Source: Antedon mediterranea (taxonomy: Eukaryota; Animalia; Echinodermata). From it: a DNA stretch of 64,000 bases. Shown piece by piece: positions 25,014 to 36,700 of this stretch (its first letter is position 1; every line of letters starts with the position of its first letter). Below the pieces are notes generated by a model. It ran no database searches. It had not been told where the DNA came from and worked only from the letters and a program-made list of their open reading frames with translations. The translations under genes and the position numbers were made by a program. The stretch lies in the NCBI RefSeq assembly GCF_964355755.1, contig NC_092677.1, positions 18,870,101 to 18,934,100 of the forward strand. Reading direction: 5' to 3'.

Positions 25014-28000
25014 ATGGCAATCATTCTACGGCTTCAAGGACTACCATGGTCTGCCACTGCATCAGATATACGACAGTACTTTGTAGGTCTTAGCATCCCT
25101 GATGGCGGAGTACATATAGTTGGTGGGGAAGACGGTGATGTCTTTATTGCCTTTGCAAGTGATGAAGATGCTCGTCAAGCCATGAGGCGACAAAAGGAGC
25201 CACTAATGGGTGTTCGTGTCATGATTCTGCTCAGTAGCAAATCGGAAATGCAGGAGGTGATTGCAAAAAGCCGACAGGCTCAAGGAAGAGATCCATTCCA
25301 TAGTGACTCAAATGCATCCAAAGAAAGTTCTGCGACCATAGATACGTCTTCTGCAATGAAACTTGATGCTTCTGCACAATCTGGCTTTGATAGAAGAGAT
25401 ATAAATTTTGCTTCACCAATGTCACCAGATCCATCGCAGGGAGGACGACCAATTGCAGCTGATAATTTCCAAGATCGCAGTAGAATTCCTGATCAAGAAG
25501 CTCGAGATAGGAAAGTTGTCACCTCATACAATGATCCTTATAATCAATCAAGAACAATAGCTCCAGAAAATGGTTCATTTGGTCATACCGAAAACAGGCC
25601 AAGAGATCATGACCGAAGAACTCCTCAAACATCATGGCAACGTGATGCAAGAGAAGGCACTTCATCTAATTTTAATGATCCACACCAACCTTTTTGCCGT
25701 GATCCACCTCGTGGTGCTGACAGCCTTCTTGGTGATGTTCCAGGACATCAAGTTGTATCACAGTCTCTAAGAGAACCTCAGTCTGACCATAATTGGCCAA
25801 AGAATGATGTACGATCAAGACACCCATTTAAACCTGATAACAGTAGTGAAAATCCAATGGATGGACGATCATTCAGTCATCGGGAGACAGAAGACTTTGG
25901 ACAAAGGCATGGCAGACCAGCTCATCCACAAGATCCATTTGAAGGTGCTGGTAGAGATTTTATTCATGGGAAATATGCAGAAGAGCCAGGAAGAGACATT
26001 CGTGCCCCAGGAGATTTTGGTCATTCAAAAGGAGTACCACTTGCTGAAGAATCACGTTTACCACATGATGTTGCTTATAAACGTGAGCTTGAGGAATCAC
26101 TGTGTGTGTATCTGCAAGGTTTGCCATTTACTATAAAAGAACATGAAGTTGTTGATTTTTTTCGTGGTTTACGCATTGCTCGAAATGGTATCGGTATTGT
26201 TTTAGACCCACAGGGAAGACCAGTTGGAGATGGTTTTGTAAAATTTGTTTCTAAAAGAGATACTGTTGATGCATTAAAAAGACATAAAAACTACATTGGC
26301 AACTGCTTTGTGGAAGTAATACCATGTTCAGAAGGTGAATATCAGACAATGAAAAAGCCTTTGTCTGTTCAGTCTATAGATAGGCATGTACCTGATGGAC
26401 ATCATAGGAGAAGTGGAGAACCATTTCGAAAAGGTGATGGTCACGGTCTACCTTCTCTTCTTGGAATACCAACTCAAGAACCCTTCACTCCTCAAGATAG
26501 AGATCATCGAAGGGATATGCCCTTTGGTAGAAGAGATGGCCAAGATACTTTTCACCCAAGAAACAAAGGACCTACTGGTCCCAACTTTCACAGAGATCAG
26601 AAAGGGACAATGAGAGACGATTTCAACAGGGAAGGTATAATTGCAGAGGGTAGTAGAGACCACTTCAATCCAAATCGTAGAGGTAGTTTTGAATCTGGTA
26701 GCAGAGATGTGTTGACTCCTGGTGATAGAGAAGGTTTTAATCCAGGAAACAGAGAAGAATATTTTCAGGGAAACCGAGACAGATTTCATCCAGGCAGCAG
26801 AGAAGGATTTCATCAGGGCAACAGAGAAGGATTTAATCCAGGCAATGGGGAAGGATTTACGAAGAGAGACTTTAATTCAGGCAGAAGAGAAGAATTTAAT
26901 AGAGACAGAGACCATTTTACTTCCAACAGAGACACAAATTTGAGAGATTCTTTTGGCCCTCTTGATAGACGTCGTGATGAAAGAGGTCTTGGTGGCCAAC
27001 TTGATAGAGGTCTTGGCGGCCCTCTTGATAGAGGTCTTGGCGGCCCTCTTGATAACAGCCTTGGTATAACTCTCGGAGAATCTTCCCACAGAGATCCTAG
27101 TGGAAATTTTGATATAGGACCTGGTGGACCTCTCAATAGAGGACCTGGTGGACCTCCTAATAGAGGACCTGGTGGACCTTTCATTAGAGATGGGCCACTT
27201 CTAAGATTAGGAGGCGATGAAAGTTTAATGGATGCTGAAATGCCAGATGATATGTATGGAGCAAGTGGCCGGCCAACCATAAGTGGACCTTACTCTAAAG
27301 ATAGATTCAACCATGATGAATTTAATCGAAACCCAGGTGAATTTCATAATAGACATCAAGGACCATTTGAGAGAGAGCCAGGGCGAAATATTGGTCATCA
27401 AGCTAGAGCACATGATGGTAAATATGAATGGGAACGAGATGGACCAAGTTCACTGCAAAGAGAACGTGGACGGCCACCAGGAAATGTTGACAAGCAACAT
27501 AGACGACCAGATATGTCCTTTAATAGAGATAGACCACGGACAGAGAATCAATTTGAAAGAGAATTTAAAAGTGGTTATGATGCACAGTCAGACAGAGATA
27601 GAAGGCGCACTGACAGACAAAGTGAGAAACAAAGAGGCCGATCTGATGACCAAGTTTCAATGGATAAAAGTAGGCAAACACACAAAGACAAAAGTGAACC
27701 AGATGCTCAATCAACATCATTAGATTTAAGAATCAAATCATCAGAAAATTCGAGAGACCAAAGTAGAGAAAGAGATAGAAGTACTTCTGGCCGAGAATCT
27801 TCAAGAGAAAAACGGGGATCTGACAGGATTAGGTCAAAAGACATAAAAGATAAATCTAGTTCTGGTGATGAGAGAACAAAAGATAGAATAACAAACAGAG
27901 ATAAAAATATTGTAAATGGACCTTACACAACACGTAGTGATCATGATAGAGAACGAAAAAGGTCGCCATCCAAATCATCTCGTTCACAGCGTGATAGATC

Positions 28001-29616
28001 TCGTTCTCCAATTCGTAGTCAGTGTGTCGAATTGAAAGGTATACCACCAGATTGTCAAGCTGAAGACATTTACCAGTTTTTCAAAGGATTATCAGTTGCT
28101 TCAGAAGGGGTCTTTATTCCATATGATAGTAAAACTGGAAAAGCTGTTGGGCAATGTTATGTTAAGTTTGCTTCAGAGAAAGATGCCCAAAGTGCATGCA
28201 AAATAATTGGTAATAAAATTGGTCATAATGTTATAGAAATCACCAGTATTCTGAAAGAAATCATGGAAGTTAGAGTTAAAGAATATAAGAAACGATTAAT
28301 GGATGGCACCACTGAATCTTCACCTAAAGGTACAACTGATCCAGAGCAGCAAACCCCAATAGAGGAAGCAAGCAAACCTGAACTGATTTTTAGGGTAAGG
28401 TTGGAGAATGTTCCATATACATGCTCTGTAGAAGAAATTTACCAGTTCCTTCCTGACTGCCAGATTGCACGAAGAGGCATTAATTTTGTTCGACATTTAG
28501 ATGGAATAAATATGGGTAAACCCAATGGAAGTGTGATTGTGGAGTTTGTAAATGAAGCTGATATTAGTAGATCACTTGCAAAAAATGGAAATACGATAAG
28601 GGGGAGAAATGTAAAAATAGTAAAAATATATGAGGATGTTCCTACTCAAATTTTACTTCAAAGGCCAAACAATAGAGACTATGATGATAGAATGAGCAAT
28701 TCATCAAGAAATGTCCCATTATTACCGAGATTTGGAGGAAGCGGAGGACCAGGTATGCGACCACCAGGATTATCTTCATTTGGGAAGCCTAGGCTCGATT
28801 TTTTGCAGTCCGGGCCCAGGCAGGTCTTTGGTAATCCTCATATGCATGGTGAAGAAAACAATGGTCCTGCGCCAAACATTCAGAAACTTGGTGATAATAA
28901 CTGTGTCATTGGAATTACCAATTTGCCGTTAGATGTTGCCATTCCACACATTCTCAAATTTTTCCAGAATTTCTCACCCATTACAAACTCTGTCAGACTA
29001 CATTTCAACAATGCTGGTATGCCAACTGGAGATGCTTTAATTGCATTCCCAACACCAATGCTAGCTAACAATGCTGTGGAAGACCTACATGGCACTATGC
29101 TTGGAGGAAGAACAATAGGCCTTAAAATGACACAGGTAATTGTTTTATATCTAGTTATATAATTAATTTGTACATGGCTCAGACAATTTTGGGTACAGTA
29201 TAAATATGGTTGCCCACTCATTTGTTCAATTCAATTTATTATGATAAAAATGCAAATAACTACAACAGGCAGTCTTTCTCCGCTGGCTGAAAATAAGTGG
29301 TCTTAAAGACCTGCATTATACAAAAATAAATGTGGAAATATACCATCCAAGTATAATCCCATGCTACTCAAGTATAGTCCCACCTCATAATGTAGGTTAT
29401 ATTTGGATTGGATACTAGACTAAATCCATTAATAATGTAACCCAAGTGTCCACTGCAGTACAGAGCAGAAAAGGAATAGTATAACTAGTTATAAGTTCTT
29501 TTAAGCTAGCGCATGAAACATTTTTCCAATTTTGCATTATGGTTGTTATAAATTACTAAATGTAGTACTTAAATGCTAAATAATAAATCTTTCAGCCCCC
29601 ACCTGGTGTGATGTAA
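25014..29616 (+). CDS. RBM12: RNA-binding protein 12/12B-like (five hnRNP F/H-type RRMs, low-complexity linkers)
   Basis: Starts MAIILRLQGLPWSATASDIRQYFVGLSIPDGGVHIVGGEDGDVFIAFASDEDARQAM, the RBM12 N-terminal signature. C-terminal RRM has SVRLHFNNAGMPTGDALIAF...LGGRTI. Large exon 25014-29135 (donor CAG|GTAATT) plus a probable terminal exon 29596-29616 (PPPGVM*), ~1380 aa; unspliced read-through stops at 29162. Confidence 0.92.
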
Positions 29617-29754
29617 GAAGGTGACTCATTATTCTACCAACAACACCTTCAAACTGATATGCAGCTGTTTTATCTGTTTAAACGGAACTTGCAAGACTTT
29701 TCACAAGATCAATCAATACAGTTATATAATTACATAAAATTTCTTTTTGAACAA

Positions 29755-29948
29755 CCAAAAATAGTATAAGCGAACTTACAGTACGTTTCGAAACCTATCA
29801 GGTTTCATTCTCAACTGGCGTTTCATCGTCTAGCATTGTTAATCCCATGACGTCATGGGATTAACAATGCTAGACGATGAAACGCCAGTTGAGAATGAAA
29901 CCTGATAGGTTTCGAAACGTACTGTAAGTTCGCTTATACTATTTTTGG
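29755..29948. repeat. Perfect 194-bp spacerless palindrome (Penelope-like inverted pLTR remnant)
   Basis: 29755-29851 is the exact reverse complement of 29852-29948; the centre is CCCATGAC|GTCATGGG. Confidence 0.95.
29886..29924 (+). ncRNA. Minimal type I hammerhead ribozyme motif (Penelope-type); mirror copy at 29779-29817 on the minus strand
   Basis: CAG (stem I) - TTGAGAA (core, U3:A8 in place of C3:G8) - T - GAAACCT/GAT/AGGTTTC (stem II) - GAAA - C - GTA (cleavage triplet) - CTG (stem I'). Confidence 0.6.
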
Positions 29949-32900
29949 AAGCTGAATGTGTAAGGATTTGTGTAGAAGTCTTCACTCTATTGTAGTCTTG
30001 ATGCAGTAACAAAATTTACCTTACTTCATTACATTCATTTTAATAAAGCACCTGTTTAATGTAAGGTTTTTTATTAAACAAATGTTAAACGTCTGTTTTT
30101 AATTTCAAACCATGAATTCCAACATCGTACATTTTTAATTCTTCTTACATAAATACTGTAAATAAATGTCTTTCATCTTCTTCAAGGTATTTGGTGATGA
30201 AGGTTTGTACAAATATGATACAAAATACACACTATACTGCATACTGTACTATACATCTTTCAGCATACAAGTCTAGTGTCGTCAATAATAAAATATTTTA
30301 CAAATCGTGATGCAAAACAGAAATATCTCCACAAATGTTCTCTCATCAAATCATAAAAGTAACGTTATTTTGTAAATTTCAACAAGTTCAAATTGATTGT
30401 CTTGAAATACATAGTTATTGAAATTTGTATTCAAGGATTCATAAACAAGATAAAAATAGTTACACGCAAGTAAATCCCAACAACAATACAATATTAAAAT
30501 ATGTAAAAACAGTAAAAGGTTAAAATAACAGGACTTGATCAAAATTAATTAAACAGTTCAGTTTATTTGTTCAAGTTTAATACATTCTGCTACTTTTTGT
30601 TACTTTTGCGTATTGGAAGAATATTTTTTTTAATGTACAAAATAATTTTTTTTATGTCATATTTGTTTGTATTATTTTACCTGATTACAAATGCCATTGT
30701 GCATTATCTTGTTTCTGATTATGCTATATAAGTGAATCAACCCCAATAATGCTGACACTATTATGTGTTCAGTATGATATTTGCCAAGCATTTATTTTTT
30801 ACTCATTGCGAAAAGAAGTGAGAGTAAAATTACATTATATTGTAAAATACATTGAAAAGAGGAATTACATTATAAGATAAAAAGAATTACCAACTGATCT
30901 TACAATGGATACTGTACATAACTATATTAATAAGACGTCTGCTTGAAAAGAATAGAGCATAATGTTTGATGAGTGTCATCTGTGATTAATTGATCAATTA
31001 TCAGTCATTGTGACTGTACTTTATTTTGGTGTGCTGCCTAAAAAATAATTAGGAAAAATAAAGTGTACAAAATGTTAATATTGCCGATATTTGTTAATGT
31101 ATAGTTAATTTTATTTTGTCAATTTTAGTTTTTCCAATGTATGACCTATGACCTATATATGATGGAAGTGTACCTTCACCATCTGTATGCGTGTAAAAGA
31201 TTACATTCAGTTAGTACGTGAATGACCGTAGTCACTATTATTTATTTTAATGTGCTACCTAAAAATAAAGTAAAATGTATATAATGTTAATATCTCGGAT
31301 ACATTGATTTTTATTGATTGTAGTTTTTCTTCCCATAATGTTGAATTTTAAGCACACATGCAACATAAAATGGATAAAGTGTATATTTAAAAATTCAAAA
31401 AAAGGAGTTTAGTTATTGGTTTAAAAAAAAGATCAGAAAGAAAATACATTATGTATTTGAAGAAATCTTTTATTTTAAGGACTGTAAAATAAGCAGCATA
31501 GCTTTTTAAACTTTATTCTAATATAATATTTGCATAGAACAGTACAATACACAAAGAAAATAAGCTAAAGAATGAAATTAGAAAAAGTTGTTTTTAAAAT
31601 ACTAAAGCATTATGAGTTTTCCTGCCAAATGCAGTATGTAGCCTACAAGAAAACGTTTACATTTTTTTTAAAGCAAAATGAGTGATTCTAAAAAGGTTTT
31701 TTGTGTTACGTTGTGTGGTCAATAAATGAACATTTACTAGTAGTATCTGCTTTGTATGTCTGTCCATCCTATAATAAGTATTGGCCATTCATGCATACTC
31801 CATTAGGCTGGGGGTGCGCACTAGGCCTGACATTTTAAAAGTACAAGTGCAATTTATGAAGACCTTCAGCTCTAATTTTCAAAATGTTCTTAGCTCAGCC
31901 CAAACCATAAAACTGGTCCAAGACACTTACGAATTTCGTTTCATATTCGTATAATAAATGCATTTTCCAGGGACCTAACAGCTCTATTTTTCAAATTTTC
32001 TTAGCTCTGTCCTGGAGACTTATAATATTGTTTCATATATCAATGTATAAGTGCAATTTCTGGGCATCTAGCACAAAGAAGGTAGTGTTAGTCCCGCGTT
32101 TACAATGTTTGCAGCACCCGCAGTGTTCATGTAACAAAACATATCTTGCTAAAATATTACTATGTTGTCAATTTATTTTAAAATGCCTTTGTCACATTTG
32201 AATTGGAGGATCAACATATTGCATTTTATAGGACACATGTAAGTAATACAGTATAATTATTAAACTGCAGTAAAGTTAAATACAGTACACAGAAGAAGAA
32301 CTACAAAGACCCATGACTTAGGTAAGCATATTAACCCAACTACAACTCTACCTATAAATAGGTTTCCACCGCCCCAGCACAAAATTCCTACTCACCTGCT
32401 TATAGTAAGTACCTTCAAAACATGCCACTGTCAAATTAACAAAAACATTTACATATAATTTTGATTTAATACTGTACAGAAGATGAAAATAAAACTAGTA
32501 TCTAAAAATAGTAACAACACTACAACAATTCTAGCATGCACACTTCACATTGTTAAACAAAGTAGGGCTGAAGCTAAAGCAAACTACTGTAGTCTCCAAC
32601 CAAAATGAAAATACTGTATATACAAATTTATACTCTACATTTTATTCTATGTTCAAATGATTAAACTTTTTTCAATAAATAGTGTGAAAAATAATTGGAA
32701 TACTATATTTTATGATTAAAAATGTTCTAAATACATTTTAAAAGGTTATTGGTCCAAGGTGATAAATTCAAAATGAATCCTGATTGATACAATTTAAAAG
32801 CATTTGTTTTACAACATATCAAGCAAACATTTACAGTGTACTGTACTGTAGGCAAGGTGAACTACTTTTCAATAAATACATTTCAACAAGGTGATAAGAT

Positions 32901-33269
32901 CCCTGCATTTACATTACAAATTTCAATAAAAAACCATTTTACAGCGTTACAATTTCATGGATCATTTGAAAGGTTAATTAATAATTAATTAAATATCTTA
33001 ATCCGTAAATAAAATGTTATGTAAAACAAATTTGAAATAAAATTAAATAAATTTTTTTACAATAAAATGTAAGGTTAGAGTTATTGGAATCCCTTTAATG
33101 TAATTCCTATAACAGTTGTTTATTATTATTATTAAACAAGACATGGAGACATTTTCATAAGCAATATCAAGGTTTCTTTTAAATCAAGGTATTTGTTATG
33201 AAGCAAATAATTAACATATTAGAATACTCCTAAATAATTGATCAGTTTTAATTTTTAATAATCTATCTT

Positions 33270-33626
33270 GATGTATTGTCCCCCTAAAAAATAATTATTA
33301 AACATTTTTCTGTTGAATATGCCATTTTAATGTCACATAATAGTAATCGACTTGGACCAAAAATTAGATTGAAAAAAAAATTTAATTTAAATTTATCTGA
33401 AAAAACTGTAATTTAAAGCAAAAAATAGTCAAATTGGCTGCCATATCCAATGGATTTTTGATTGAATTTAACCATTTATTTTGTCATTTTATAAAGAGAA
33501 AACATTATTTTTTTAGGGTGTTTTTTTCTATGGAAGTGATTAACTTTATTAAAACTACAAAATAACCTATTCAAAATCTGATTTAATTAATCTTCATTTT
33601 TCATGTTTTTGGGGGACAATACATCT
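33270..33626. mobile_element. TTAA-targeting non-autonomous element (Kolobok-like), copy 1
   Basis: GATGTATTGTCCCC ... GGGGACAATACATCT followed by TTAA; the body is similar to 37806-38136; left terminus eroded. Confidence 0.7.
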
Positions 33627-33714
33627 TTAAATTAAAATAGTTATATCTGACTGATACTTAATTTGTCACTAAATATAATCATCCCTAAGATCATCATGTA
33701 TTTTTGTCATTGCT

Positions 33715-36700
33715 CTAATACTCATCATCCTCATCATCGTAATCATCGTCTTCCTCATCTTCATCATCATCATCATCCTCCCAATTTTGTACGGTTGTCT
33801 TTTCCTGTTGACTTTTACTTGTTTTCTTCTTACCCATAGTAGAGGTCTTAGATTGGCCAGTGGAATTCAGAGATGCTTTTGAGCCAAGGTGAGAATTATT
33901 GAGACCATTGCGACTGCCACTCTCTGAACCTCCTAATGGTCGTAAACTGTTTCTGAATTCCTAAAATTAAAAAAATAATAATATATTAAATATACTCCCC
34001 ATCATTACTCAACACAGAAAGGATGGCAAGCTGGTCTAAACGCCTTCAAACAGAATGTAATACTACGGCCACCAGTCAGTTTCCTGTGTGAAAGAGGTTT
34101 TAATAGACACAAGAGTTTTTTTTTAGTTTGGAAGTGTGAAGTGAAGGACTAGTACATCTGGTGAAACACTTCTTCTCTCGTAAGATGGCACGTAATTATA
34201 ATCGTCCCAGCTATACAAGACAGACTGAAATTATTTTTATTTGTGTGATTATGATTTAGTAAATAAAGCTTCTAGCCATTGAGTTTGCTTACCTCTAGAT
34301 CATCATCATCACTTATTGAGTTAATACTCTGCCAAGCATTGGTGTACACTTCAAGACATTTTGAATGGAATAACATCTCCACTGTTAAAAACTCATGTAA
34401 AATTGTCTAAAATATAAGACAAAAATGAATAAATAAATCATACACCTTCATAATAATGTAGAGCTAGTTAGCAGGTTTGAAAAATATTTTAAATGAACAT
34501 GGATACATTATCTATCAACATGGTTTTCATTTTAGTTGGATTAATTTAAAAGACTCAATATTTTCAAAAAACACTCTTACATTCTAAAACAGCTTAAAAA
34601 TGTGTCTAGACTTTAAAGGGGGTTAGGAATAATGAATACATTGTATATATTTAAAGACCCATTCCTTACAATTTTTTACCTTTTGTAAAAACAATGAATA
34701 TATATTACTTTCAAAACATTAAACCAGGTCATTCCATTTTGCATGCCCATTTAGTTGGTAAACAGAAGAAATAAACTTTGTATAATAGCTACTTCAGTCA
34801 TTTCACATTTATTCAATTAATGAAAACTTAAACAATGTAAACAATATAAACAAATAAAGATTTCATTAATTTGGATCAGACTTAGAGGGCAAGGCCTGTC
34901 TCAGAAAGACCCAACAAAACATAAAACAAAATAAAAATGTATACAAATTAGGTAAACTAAAAGTGGCATAATAATAATAATAATACATTTATGAATGATA
35001 ATTTTCCAAATAATTAAACTTAATTTGATGTCTGAATATTTTTGCATTTTCACATTTTTTAGATTCTCTTTTAAGTTATTCCATAATTTAGGTCCATGAA
35101 CTGTAATAAAAAATTGGCTTTTGCTAAGTCTTACAAAAGGAACATACATAGGCCTAGCCTCACATTTCTACTATATTGTTTGTCTTTATTACTATTTTTT
35201 TTCTTTTTTGGTTTTAACTATTCGTACTTTCTTTTTAAATACCTTATTCATTTGTTTTATTGTTATTGATTGAGTGATTTTAATTTATCCTGTTATCCTG
35301 TTTTAATATTATTTATACTTTAGTATTTTGGCTTATACATAGTACTGTGCTTTAGATTTTTACTATCTACCCAATAATTTGTTATTATTTTTTAACTGTA
35401 TTCATATTTGTTTTGTTTACTACACTTAAACATTTTTTGAACATCTTTTTACAATAATTTCTGAACTGAAATTATTATTATAAAGTTTTGTTTTTTATTT
35501 GCATATCTTTCAAAAATCATTATATACCTTTATATCTTGCATCTTCTTCTTTTCAAATGAGTCCATCTGCTCCTCCAAGGCACGGTTTGACCTGGATGCA
35601 TCAACAGTTGCTTTTTGCAGTTTGGATTCGGCCTAAATAATAGGTCATGGAGTTTAGTTTAAATTATCTCAGACCTCTAAATGCTGACAATTGCAGGAGT
35701 CATGCTCCTGTGAAAGCTCACCGATATTCAATGTATACATTTATCACTTAGACTCCACTATTAATATTGAATTTGTTAGGAAAAAATGTATTTCCCCAAC
35801 CCAATTCCCCAATCCATTTCTTACAGATACCTAAGGTTGTTTTTAATAGCACTCCATCTAGTTTTTTAATTTTTTTAAATACTTTTAGCACCCCATGCTT
35901 TCACAATTTCTCCCGATATTCCACATTTTTGCAGGTTGTGACTTCTGTTATATACTCATTTAAAATACATTTTGTGCTAGTCCAAGAACATCCAGTTTTG
36001 GTATAGCTGAGTGTAATCTACTTTACATGAAAACAAATATCAGTAATAGTATTTGAAAAAAATGTTAATGTAAAAATGTCCCTTTTATTGATCTAAAAAC
36101 CCCACCCAAAAAAATAGATAGTATGTAACCATTAATGAATGTCAATATTCTATTCATTTGCATACAGTGTAGTTCAGCGAAAGTTGCGTTAAAATTTAAA
36201 ATGTACTTTGTTTTAATCTCGCCTCAAGAATTCCACATTATAGGAAACCATAAAAAGTTTAACTTACATCACAACTGTTCATTACTGTTTTTTACAGTAC
36301 ATACTTACAATACCTGTACTAGATATACTGTACTTGAGTTTTTAAAAATACATTTACCTGTGACTGAATAAGTGATGTTAAGGTCAACATGCAGAAAATG
36401 AGCAAGGCTGTACACATTACTATCTATTACTATCACTATCACCCAATATTCTACTACTAACCTGTAAATTTGTATATCTTTAAAATTTAATTTGTCTTGC
36501 ACTAACACCTTCAGATGATGGAGGAAGATCTGGTTGCTTCCTCCACATTGAGAAAAAGATACACATTTGAATATGTTGGCCCTTACGATGCACTATTCAC
36601 AAAGCCTGGGCCATATAAGGGAATAAGGTACGCATTGGAATGTGTAGGCCTTTACGATGCACTATTTACAAAGCCTGGGCCATATAAGAAGGGAATAAGG

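Noticed and set aside
25231-29221. Overlapping and antisense ORFs within RBM12
   Set aside because: Shadow frames of a long coding exon with no recognisable motifs.
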